A stretch of 64,000 nt of DNA from a virus, in the IMG/VR virus record IMGVR_UViG_3300026382_000002, positions 1 to 64,000 of that record; one strand, written 5' to 3'. Below are positions 34,586 to 43,147 of this stretch, one piece after another; position 1 is the stretch's first letter, and each line of letters opens with the position of its first letter. The notes beneath the pieces were generated by a model that was not told the DNA's origin, made no database searches, and worked only from the letters and a program-made list of their open reading frames with translations. Made by a program: the position numbers and the translations under genes.

Positions 34586-36724
34586 TTAACTTTTTGATTT
34601 TATGAACAATCTAATAGCATTCAACGATGTAGGTGTAGTTACTTCAATATCACCGTCGATTGCATCAGGTTCATCTTCTGGTATTGCAATATAGTTAATA
34701 GTGTAATTGGTAATCACACTACCAAGTAAATCATTTTTAGTAGTGTTCATTATGTTTGTAAGAATTGATGTGATTTTTTCTTTAAGGTCAATCACATTGC
34801 GTTCTGTTACATTTCTTTTTCCTACATAATCATCAACGCCGGCTTTTACTTCGAGAGCAGCATAGTCAAGACATCTTACTTTGTTTATCTCCATCTCTTC
34901 TAGTGAGCTCATATTTGTTGTAAGTTGTCTGATGATGTATGGTTTACTATCATAGCTCACTTGCGTAATTACAGTTATGCCTGCACTTGCTATATCATCA
35001 AGCTCTGCGTCACTAAAATAAAACGCTGAACCTATTACTCTATCGATAGTATTGAAGGATAAGTTACTTAACCCTTGTTGTGGTGGTAAATGCGCCAATA
35101 CAGCGGCCATTAAACCTGCAATATAATATCCTGCATATAATTTATCTTTTATAATAAATTTATCAGGAAACACTAATACAAGATGCATATTATCATATCC
35201 AAGTGCGTAATGTTTTTCAGCTTCTCTAATTTCGTCTTTACTATTCATTTTAACAATAACTGTGTTTTGCCCGTTCAATGCGTCAATCACATCAATAGTG
35301 CTTACAGTAGGGCTTACAACTATCTTTTTATCAGTCGTAACAGAGGTAACTTTAGCTATCATTTTTGATGTATATGGCTCACCTACCGTATTGTAATATT
35401 CGCTGTCAGCTATCGCAAGGTCTTGGTCGCCTATGATATAATCTCCAACTTTGATATCAGCCAGAGAAAAACCTCCTGTTGCGCTTTCAATTGTGTAACT
35501 TCCATCCTCGTTTTTAGTGATTGTTGCATCTGTTATAGTTATTTTTTTAGTGTAAATAGGCATTTTTGGACAGAAAACTCCAAGTTTGTATGCACTCACC
35601 AATGGGTCTGATGCTCTATTAAGCATACCAGCTAATGCATCCATTACCTTATCCGAATCTGTCAAACAAGCCACTTCATATGCTTGCGTAGATGTGGCAA
35701 GTATATTTAGTGCGGTAATATAGCTTTCATCGCTATCATTAGGTACAACGTATGCCTTCATTCTAAATCCTGGAATTTCATTAGCAATCAATGAAAACAT
35801 TGTTCCTAGTTTGTTTTTTTTAGAAGGTTCTCCAAATGTTGTTTTATACGTATTATAATCAACATCTATAATCTGGTTTGCTATATCTGTTCTATTTGCT
35901 GTAAACCAGTTAAATAATTCCCCGTCTTTAGCCACTGTGGTAACTTTTGTTGATGACATGTTTACAAGCGTTATAAGGTCTTTGCTCACTTTTATATTAT
36001 CAAAAGTCGCAGCTTTATCAGTAGGTTGATAAACATAATAATCAAAACTAAATGTCCCTGGTCCCTTAATCAGTACACTGTCTCCAAAATATGGAACTGA
36101 TTCAAATTTAAGTCCGTTCACAGACAAACTAACTTGATGAAACTCTTTTGAAATTGAACCTGTTAAAGAGTTGCTGTCGTCAACATCATAAGGAACTTCA
36201 TCCCATATAAAAATTTGCAAATTTCCATCTGCGTCATGTTCGAAGTTTCTTATTTTGGAAGAAAATGGTTCTTGGTCAGCGGTAACCGGATTAATCGTTA
36301 TTGTGTCTCCAACTTGCACACCAAGCGACAACATGTCTTGTTCTGTAACATTATTGTCTCCACTCTCAAGAACAAGAATATGTTTTTCTGTGCTTGATTT
36401 AACATGCACATGAAATTCCTTATCAGTTCCAAAATTTAATACTGTTATTACTTTATCTCCACCCCACTTTAATGTGTTAACATCAAGAGTCGTATTAGGT
36501 CTAATGCCTGCTACCTTAAACACTTTGCCTGTTTCATCCATGTTTGAAACTGTAGCAATACCAGCATTGTTCAAAGTTGTAAAATTCAACTCTGAAGCGA
36601 ATCCTGCTTTTTCGTCTACGGCTGTTCCAATTATAATTCCAGGCATAGTTATTTTAAGTAGATTTGGCGTAGTTTGTGAAATACTCTCAGCTACACTTAT
36701 GTATGGTCTAATGTTTGTTGCCAT
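34586..36724 (-). CDS. Contractile tail sheath protein
   Basis: 712 aa. The C-terminal region (AGYYIAGLMAAVLAHLPPQQGLSN...ELDDIASAGITVITQV...YIIRQLTT...INKVRCLDYAALEVK) matches the conserved sheath C-terminal domain pattern. Confidence 0.7.
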   Translation of the reverse strand: MATNIRPYISVAESISQTTPNLLKITMPGIIIGTAVDEKAGFASELNFTTLNNAGIATVSNMDETGKVFKVAGIRPNTTLDVNTLKWGGDKVITVLNFGTDKEFHVHVKSSTEKHILVLESGDNNVTEQDMLSLGVQVGDTITINPVTADQEPFSSKIRNFEHDADGNLQIFIWDEVPYDVDDSNSLTGSISKEFHQVSLSVNGLKFESVPYFGDSVLIKGPGTFSFDYYVYQPTDKAATFDNIKVSKDLITLVNMSSTKVTTVAKDGELFNWFTANRTDIANQIIDVDYNTYKTTFGEPSKKNKLGTMFSLIANEIPGFRMKAYVVPNDSDESYITALNILATSTQAYEVACLTDSDKVMDALAGMLNRASDPLVSAYKLGVFCPKMPIYTKKITITDATITKNEDGSYTIESATGGFSLADIKVGDYIIGDQDLAIADSEYYNTVGEPYTSKMIAKVTSVTTDKKIVVSPTVSTIDVIDALNGQNTVIVKMNSKDEIREAEKHYALGYDNMHLVLVFPDKFIIKDKLYAGYYIAGLMAAVLAHLPPQQGLSNLSFNTIDRVIGSAFYFSDAELDDIASAGITVITQVSYDSKPYIIRQLTTNMSSLEEMEINKVRCLDYAALEVKAGVDDYVGKRNVTERNVIDLKEKITSILTNIMNTTKNDLLGSVITNYTINYIAIPEDEPDAIDGDIEVTTPTSLNAIRLFIKSKS

Positions 36725-36734
36725 TTGTTATCCT

Positions 36735-37421
36735 TTACAATGTTCTTTTGCTTTCTTTTTCGTGCATAATTAAACGGTTATATTTTATCAATTTTTCTTT
36801 AAATAGTAAAATGTTACATTCTTTATAGGAAATTTTCCACTGTATTTGGGTGAAATAGTAGTCGCTTTGTTTAGGAGAAGGAACAATTTGGCTCATTACC
36901 GGTTCAGATACTCTGACAATTTTATCAAAAACCATAGACAAAACATCGTCTGAACAAGATAACAACATAAGGTAAACCATGTATGCCACTTTCTCAAGTT
37001 CAGCTCTATTAGCACTAAACACTTTTATTTCCATTTCTTGTTCAAGTAGAAAAGTTCCCGTTTTTGTTTCATTTGAATTAACACCCGGAGCACCTATTTC
37101 ACCTAATGGAGTTAGTCTATACGTACTACCAGGTGTTGCTGATAAAGCTGGTGACAATGTACCTCTGCTAACTAGCACCAATGGTGTAGTATTGTTGGGG
37201 ACAAATTCCTCCTGATAAGAGACATTTACAATCACGTCACCCATTTCTTTATCTTGAAACAAAGATTTTAGTAAGGTTACATAATATCCAATTAGATTTT
37301 TTGGAGTTTCAAAGCTTTTATCCAGATTACCAATCTCTGGAATATTATTAACTTCTAAAGACATACTTCCTGTTTGATGTTGTTCATCCACCACAAACAC
37401 TGAATCTTTATTTAACTCCAT
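36735..37421 (-). CDS. Hypothetical protein (neck/tail-completion position)
   Basis: 228-aa ORF immediately upstream of the sheath gene. Confidence 0.4.
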   Translation of the reverse strand: MELNKDSVFVVDEQHQTGSMSLEVNNIPEIGNLDKSFETPKNLIGYYVTLLKSLFQDKEMGDVIVNVSYQEEFVPNNTTPLVLVSRGTLSPALSATPGSTYRLTPLGEIGAPGVNSNETKTGTFLLEQEMEIKVFSANRAELEKVAYMVYLMLLSCSDDVLSMVFDKIVRVSEPVMSQIVPSPKQSDYYFTQIQWKISYKECNILLFKEKLIKYNRLIMHEKESKRTL

Positions 37422-38223
37422 ATAATTCCTTCAGTTTTTCTTTTAAATCAAGCTCAATTGCTTTATATTCTCTACTGGCACTAGGTAAAACAGAGATAAC
37501 AGCTGACTGTGATAATAAAATATTACTAAAGAAAGTGTTAGTAATATTAATTACACGACCAAGCTCGCCATTGTCTACCACATATATTAAATCCTCTATG
37601 TCTATAGGGACATCAGGCAATAATGTAATATTACTATTTCCTCCATATTGTGGATTATATATATCTTTACCGTCTTCACCTCCTTTAGGGTAAGAAGAGG
37701 GTTGACTAACATAAGGACCACCCCAAGTAAAAAAAGGATATGAGTATTTATCAATATATCCTACTCCGCCACATGTTGGGCAACTAGTATTGTTACTTGA
37801 CTGCAAATCATCGTCCCAGCAATCAGGGCAATGCTCTTTTTCATGTATTTTTTTAAAAACAAGCAATTTATTTCCGTTTACCTTTTTGGCTTTTATTAGG
37901 AATTCATATCTTTGTTGCTTCATGACGCCACGTTTCCATGAGGGTTCTTCAGAATTTGATGGAAAAATTTGAGCTTCTTTAATTAAATCCTCCCCTTTTT
38001 TAAATAACACCCTATATTGTTGTATATCTATTTCTCTATTAAATTTATTCATATCTTTTACAGAGTAATCAATCTTGTTGGAGTTATATTTAAACTTTTT
38101 CAATAATTGCCATTCACCCTCTTTTTTTGCCGGTTGATGAATTTCTATCGTATCACAATCTATTTTTTCATTAACTATATAAAGAGTTATTTCGTCGATA
38201 TCACTCTTAATAAGTTTAATCAT
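37408..38223 (-). CDS. Hypothetical virion-assembly protein with a zinc-ribbon motif
   Basis: 271 aa. CPDCWDDDLQSSNNTSCPTCGGVGY is a CxxC...CxxCxGxG motif. Confidence 0.5.
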   Translation of the reverse strand: MIKLIKSDIDEITLYIVNEKIDCDTIEIHQPAKKEGEWQLLKKFKYNSNKIDYSVKDMNKFNREIDIQQYRVLFKKGEDLIKEAQIFPSNSEEPSWKRGVMKQQRYEFLIKAKKVNGNKLLVFKKIHEKEHCPDCWDDDLQSSNNTSCPTCGGVGYIDKYSYPFFTWGGPYVSQPSSYPKGGEDGKDIYNPQYGGNSNITLLPDVPIDIEDLIYVVDNGELGRVINITNTFFSNILLSQSAVISVLPSASREYKAIELDLKEKLKELYGVK

Positions 38224-38702
38224 TAAAAATCTCCCCAGCCAACAGGAAATGACAAATCCCCTTTACATTCAACATCTAGTGCATTAGAGTCTACACTTCC
38301 CCATAGCCCCTGATACCAAGCTTTTTTAGCCACCATATCTATCATTTTCTCAAACTGAGCTTGAAACATGCTGGCCATTTGCAAATATTCATTTTGTTTC
38401 CCAAAAAGTGAAGTGCCTGCGTTGTTGTTATCCCCAACGGTTATTTGATTTCTAATTTGAACAAAGCTTTCACTTTGAAGCAATTTAGAGACAATACCAT
38501 AAATCCATACAACAGAAGGGATTTTGTGTACGACTGTTTTTAGTGAAGGCTTTAACACTATAGCCTCATTAACTACCATTGGTATAACTGTTTCAATGAG
38601 TTCATCACTAAATTGCTCCAAATTGTCTTTTAAAATATTAAGTGCAGGATAATCCTGTAAAAAATCCCGCACTTGGTCTATATCAATTCTAGGATACTTC
38701 AT
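38223..38702 (-). CDS. Hypothetical protein (head-tail joining position)
   Basis: 159-aa ORF with an ATGA overlap onto the next gene. Confidence 0.35.
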   Translation of the reverse strand: MKYPRIDIDQVRDFLQDYPALNILKDNLEQFSDELIETVIPMVVNEAIVLKPSLKTVVHKIPSVVWIYGIVSKLLQSESFVQIRNQITVGDNNNAGTSLFGKQNEYLQMASMFQAQFEKMIDMVAKKAWYQGLWGSVDSNALDVECKGDLSFPVGWGDF

Positions 38703-38714
38703 TTAATGTTCCTA

Positions 38715-39227
38715 TTATTTTTTTGTGTTTCTTTTTCTTGTTACTCTTTTTTTTGTTTCTTGTTTTTCTTCTACTGTTTCCACTTTAGCTTCAACTTCAG
38801 TCTCTGCCTCAACTTCAGGTGTTGTTTGTACTTCAGTCTCTGCCTCAACTTCAGGTGTTGCTTGTACTTCAGTCTCTGTCTCAACTTCAGGTGTTGCTTG
38901 TACTTCAGTCTCTGTCTCAACTTCAGGTGTTGCTTTTCCTGTGTTTATGTTATTTTCCGCACTTTCTTCTATAATTTTCATATATTCAGGCTTCTGGTGT
39001 TGTCTTACTGGCGTAACTCCTCTTTTTGCAACTATATCCCTAATATCTTCAACAGTTAACTCTCTTCCGTCGTAATCTTCGATAACAGCCAATCCTTCAC
39101 CGTAATACTTGTAAAGCAAACTTTGATATTTTACAACGCTATCTTCGCTTATAAATATTTTACTTCCTGGGTCAACTAATCTACCCTGAAAATTTAAGAT
39201 TCCTTTTGATTTGTTTACAAATCTCAT
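38715..39227 (-). CDS. Hypothetical protein with an HeH/Rho-N-like motif and an acidic 12-aa tandem repeat
   Basis: 170 aa. It contains LTVEDIRDIVAKRGV, four copies of TPEVE(T/A)ETEVQ(A/T), and a basic tail KKRVTRKRNTKK. Confidence 0.5.
   Translation of the reverse strand: MRFVNKSKGILNFQGRLVDPGSKIFISEDSVVKYQSLLYKYYGEGLAVIEDYDGRELTVEDIRDIVAKRGVTPVRQHQKPEYMKIIEESAENNINTGKATPEVETETEVQATPEVETETEVQATPEVEAETEVQTTPEVEAETEVEAKVETVEEKQETKKRVTRKRNTKK
38795..38938. repeat. Tandem repeat, 36-bp period, 4 copies, in frame within CDS 38715..39227
   Basis: Units lie at 38795, 38831, 38867 and 38903 (CTTCAGTCTCTG(C/T)CTCAACTTCAGGTGTTG(T/C)TTGTA). Confidence 0.9.
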
Positions 39228-39259
39228 TTTTCTTCCTTTTTGATGATTTAATCCAACTA

Positions 39260-39267
39260 ATTATACA
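39260..39267 (-). promoter_or_regulatory. -10 promoter-like box (TGTATAAT)
   Basis: The reverse complement reads TTTTTTGTATAAT. It lies 32 nt upstream of ATG 39227. Confidence 0.4.
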
Positions 39268-39289
39268 AAAAATAGTTACTTTTGTTAAG

Positions 39290-40072
39290 TTAGTTAATTT
39301 TAGAGTTACAAACAAAGTCTCCATCTGGTTTAGAAATGTTTTTTTTAGGGTCTTCTTCTTCTATGATTATATTCAACGCTTCTTGTATATCATAAACTAA
39401 ATTATCTGAGGCCCCGTTTTGCATCATGGCAGTATTTATTTCTTTTATTGTTTTAACTAATGAACTAACGATTTTAACATATTCAGAATGCTCAAGCTCT
39501 TTTTCAGACAGGGAAATTTCTTTATAATAAAAAAAAGCTTCTTTAGCTATTGAATCTAAGAAATTATTTGTTGTAACATCAACTTTTTTAAGACCAAACT
39601 TCCATATTACAAATTCTTTACCAAGCAAAAGAGCCCATCTCTTAAATAGAACAGACTTAAGTGCTGCCATCCAGACTGTGCGTTCATTTTTCGTTAAATC
39701 GCCTTTAAAGGCTTCGTTTTTAACTTTCTTAAGTTCTGTCTCAATCCACATTTTTTTCTTGAAATATGTATTTAAAAACCCTACATTGCAAAACCAATAC
39801 GCATACTCATCTAACACTTCCTCTTCAATTTCAAGTATTTCTGAAATCTCTGACATGGTAATGTCTTCGCAAAATAAAAAACTTTCAATTGCTTCTTTTG
39901 CAAATTCATTTTTATAATATTCTATTATTTCTCTGTGTAGTTCAGATAATTGACTATATGCCTTTTGGTCGTTTTCTATTAGAACTTTAGAAATTAACTT
40001 AGCAACTTTTCTATCGTCTTTATCCTCCGGGAGTTGTTTAATCTCCCCAAAAATACCAAAAAAAGAAAACAT
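39290..40072 (-). CDS. Hypothetical protein with a possible HTH segment
   Basis: 260 aa. ITMSEISEILEIEEEVLDEYAYWF looks HTH-like. The evidence is weak. Confidence 0.4.
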   Translation of the reverse strand: MFSFFGIFGEIKQLPEDKDDRKVAKLISKVLIENDQKAYSQLSELHREIIEYYKNEFAKEAIESFLFCEDITMSEISEILEIEEEVLDEYAYWFCNVGFLNTYFKKKMWIETELKKVKNEAFKGDLTKNERTVWMAALKSVLFKRWALLLGKEFVIWKFGLKKVDVTTNNFLDSIAKEAFFYYKEISLSEKELEHSEYVKIVSSLVKTIKEINTAMMQNGASDNLVYDIQEALNIIIEEEDPKKNISKPDGDFVCNSKIN

Positions 40073-40075
40073 TTA

Positions 40076-42403
40076 CTAGCTTTCTTCAGAATGCGCATTA
40101 TACTGTTCGCTTTTTTGAACCATATCAACATACATATCAGTCATCTTTTTAAAAAGTGATTTCATATTGTTTAATACAGATTTATATTTACTGTCCCCCA
40201 TTGAACCAGATAGACTATTGTAATTCAATTGAATGTTGAAAACTATCTTTCCAAGTCCAGTTATTCCTAATACAATATTTTGTAATTGGTCTTGTATCAC
40301 AAGAGATACATTTTTATCTGACAATATAACAGATAAAAAGCTTGTATCCATTACAGGGGAGTCTTTAAGTTGTAATAAAGTTTCCACTACATCAGGGTTA
40401 GCTAATGGGTTTACCCCATCAATAAGCCCCTGTTGAGATTGTTCATTGTTGGCGGCCATATCGGTTGGAGCTGCAATTCCAATTTGTTGCATATCGGGAG
40501 TTTGGTCGGGCGCCGAATTATCTTCAAGCGAAAACATAGGAGGAGTTTCTGCCCCTTGTTGTGCTTGCATTGCTATAGCTGCCTGTGTTTCAGGGTCTAA
40601 TTGCGGTGCGCCGGCTTCGTTTTGCGTCGCAATTAAAGACTCATTGCTGTTCATAGGGTCGGAAACCTCTCCGTATTGTTCTTGAGAATCGGTTTGCATA
40701 TCTTGTCCCAAATCGTCTTCTTGTACTGTTGCGTTTTGTCCAGCCGTCCCATCGATTCTCTCGGTAAGAGTTTTAACTTTATCTTCTACTTTTTTAATTT
40801 CACCCACTGCATTCATCAACATATTTGCCAACATATCTATTTTTGAACTTATCGCTTTCACCTCAACGCTACCATTATCTTTAGCCTCTTTTATTAGACT
40901 ATAGATACTATTTTTATCAACGCCTTGAGATAATAAAGTTTGGGCTAATCCGGAAGCGCTTGTAGGTGTAGAATTTATATAAAATGTTCCCCTGTCGTAA
41001 CTTACTTTTATTAGGTTGTCTTGATTATCGGTATCTCTTAATCCTATCGAATATTCTTTAAAAGTCAACAGTCTTCTAGGGTCTACTTTGCAAGGGTATA
41101 GCTTAATGTTTTTATCTCCGATTGTAATAACATTTCCTACTTGAAGAGGCTTTCTGTCAGAATTTTTTAGGATTATGATTTTGTCAATATGCGGCACACT
41201 ACCGATACCTATATTAAGAACATATCTGTCTCCCTTATCATCGATGAGTTGTATCTTGTTAATAGTTGAGAAGGGGATTATTACGGGTATAAATCCTAAT
41301 GGTTTTTGACCGTCCATTAAAACAAGTGCTAAATTAGGTAAAAGAGAAATTAGATTTTGAGGGGTTACGTCCACTGCTTTATTAAGCGCAGTACATTTAT
41401 CGTCAGATTTTCCAACAAATGATTCAAATTCTAATGTTTTAAAATTATTATCAAACATAATATCAATTAATACAGGATGAGAATACTTGCTACCATACAC
41501 AGGCAATGAAAGCATAGGTACTTGTAGATAAGTAATGCTATCAACGCCCAGTACACACCCTGTTTCTTTGTTAATAACTTCCAATTCTTCCCCGTTAAAT
41601 ACAGAATTTAATTTAGATTGTAAAGATGATTTTTTTACAAGTGTCTTATTTGGTAACATTCGGCCATGTTGAATATATATTCCGTTCTCAATATATTCTT
41701 TTAAAGCAGCTTCCTTATCTAAGAGTTTATCATTCTCTACCAACTCTTGTCTTGTTGTGACAACAACTGGTTCAGAATTGATAATTGCATTTATTGCGCT
41801 AGCTTCTTTTTTTAGAACTTCAGCAAAATCACCATACGCTTTTTCAAAAGCTTCAGCAAAAAAACTATCATTGGAAAGCTTTTCTAATAAAGCAATTTTT
41901 ACTTCCGGATACGCTTCTACTATTTGAGGTAAAAAGTTGCTATTTGCTATTTTTGGAGACCACGTTTTAGGTGGGATAAATAATTTTCTTATATTTCCTG
42001 AATCAAAATTGACATTGGTAGCAGATACCGCATTCCCAAGCGATTTATTCTTCCCTAAAATGAAGTTTACAACTTTTTTCGTTAAAGCAAACATTATATC
42101 TGCATCAGGGTTATAGATATATGACGTAGCATCCACTTTTCCAGCGGCGTAAATAATCGGAATTATTAATCTCACTTCACCATTACTTACAATTGCACTA
42201 CTTAATATTGTATTGTCATCTATATTTTCAACATCTTTTATACCAAGAATATATGGAACCAAATCAGGATATTTTTTAGATAATTGAGAATAGGCTTCTT
42301 GATTTATTAACTCATTAACTGTTTGGTTTCCATCATCAGCTGTTTTCATTAAGTCCATACCATCTAAAAATTGTTTATATTTTTCAGATTTATATCTTTT
42401 CAT
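40076..42403 (-). CDS. Large hypothetical protein (775 aa) with a Q/A/P/D-rich low-complexity linker
   Basis: Long ORF. The low-complexity segment maps to roughly 40440-40740, where GC is locally elevated. It contains LKKEAS. Confidence 0.55.
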   Translation of the reverse strand: MKRYKSEKYKQFLDGMDLMKTADDGNQTVNELINQEAYSQLSKKYPDLVPYILGIKDVENIDDNTILSSAIVSNGEVRLIIPIIYAAGKVDATSYIYNPDADIMFALTKKVVNFILGKNKSLGNAVSATNVNFDSGNIRKLFIPPKTWSPKIANSNFLPQIVEAYPEVKIALLEKLSNDSFFAEAFEKAYGDFAEVLKKEASAINAIINSEPVVVTTRQELVENDKLLDKEAALKEYIENGIYIQHGRMLPNKTLVKKSSLQSKLNSVFNGEELEVINKETGCVLGVDSITYLQVPMLSLPVYGSKYSHPVLIDIMFDNNFKTLEFESFVGKSDDKCTALNKAVDVTPQNLISLLPNLALVLMDGQKPLGFIPVIIPFSTINKIQLIDDKGDRYVLNIGIGSVPHIDKIIILKNSDRKPLQVGNVITIGDKNIKLYPCKVDPRRLLTFKEYSIGLRDTDNQDNLIKVSYDRGTFYINSTPTSASGLAQTLLSQGVDKNSIYSLIKEAKDNGSVEVKAISSKIDMLANMLMNAVGEIKKVEDKVKTLTERIDGTAGQNATVQEDDLGQDMQTDSQEQYGEVSDPMNSNESLIATQNEAGAPQLDPETQAAIAMQAQQGAETPPMFSLEDNSAPDQTPDMQQIGIAAPTDMAANNEQSQQGLIDGVNPLANPDVVETLLQLKDSPVMDTSFLSVILSDKNVSLVIQDQLQNIVLGITGLGKIVFNIQLNYNSLSGSMGDSKYKSVLNNMKSLFKKMTDMYVDMVQKSEQYNAHSEES

Positions 42404-43104
42404 TTGAGTCCTTTTTTAGTTAATAGTTTAGCTTCTTGTAATGTAAAAGTGTTTAACAACATTTTACCATCTTTTATTTCATTTTGGTAGCCTATTAAAA
42501 ATATCTTAAACCTCTCATATAAGTCTTTAGTTATTTCTCCGGCTTTACATAATTCTTCTGCAGCTTTTAACTTTTCTTCCACGTTTGCTGTATTTGTTCC
42601 TTTGTTAGCTTTCGCTTCTTGAGCGACATCACTTACAGATTTAAAATCATTTTTGCTATTCCATCCGTTTATAGTTAACCTATCCACATAAGGTACTCCG
42701 TCAACTTTATACCTGATTATAGTGTTCGGAGTAAACATCCCTATTCCTATTTTACATATTTCTTTACTCTTATCATAGAATCCTTTTAGAGTTAGGTCAA
42801 CCTTGCTTTTTTGAATAAAAAATATAGGGTCATCATCATGAGAGAGTTCAAAATCATACCCCTCAGCTGTATATAATCCAACAACTGTGCCATCATTATG
42901 TATCATAGGAAGTAATTGCACTTGATATTCGTTAAATTCTTTTTTTACAAATCTTAGATTTCTATACAGTTTAGTTGCGTTTTGATAAACTTCATTAGTT
43001 TTATCTACAATTGTTATTGTCTCATTTCCAGTGATTACAATATTTAAAATAGTTTCTTGGGGAGTTTCTTTGGTAAGAGGTATATTTGAGAATAAGGTTG
43101 CCAT
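42400..43104 (-). CDS. Hypothetical protein
   Basis: 234-aa ORF, first gene after promoter-like box 43125-43133. Confidence 0.55.
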   Translation of the reverse strand: MATLFSNIPLTKETPQETILNIVITGNETITIVDKTNEVYQNATKLYRNLRFVKKEFNEYQVQLLPMIHNDGTVVGLYTAEGYDFELSHDDDPIFFIQKSKVDLTLKGFYDKSKEICKIGIGMFTPNTIIRYKVDGVPYVDRLTINGWNSKNDFKSVSDVAQEAKANKGTNTANVEEKLKAAEELCKAGEITKDLYERFKIFLIGYQNEIKDGKMLLNTFTLQEAKLLTKKGLK

Positions 43105-43124
43105 ATTACGCCTTTTTTTCTCTA

Positions 43125-43133
43125 ATTATACTA
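43125..43133 (-). promoter_or_regulatory. -10 promoter-like box (TAGTATAAT)
   Basis: The reverse complement reads TTTTTTTTAGTATAAT. It lies 20 nt upstream of ATG 43104, with SD AAAAAAAGG between. Confidence 0.4.
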
Positions 43134-43147
43134 AAAAAAAGAAAAGA

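Noticed and set aside
38795-38938. Possible CRISPR-like array
   Set aside because: The repeats are contiguous with no spacers. The period is 36 bp, in frame within a CDS.
38673-39075. Two plus-strand ORFs (128 and 116 aa) over the 36-bp repeat
   Set aside because: They are antisense readings of the repeat array. Their translations are repetitive (CLNFRCCLYFSL..., SASTSGVACTSV...) and lack initiation signals.
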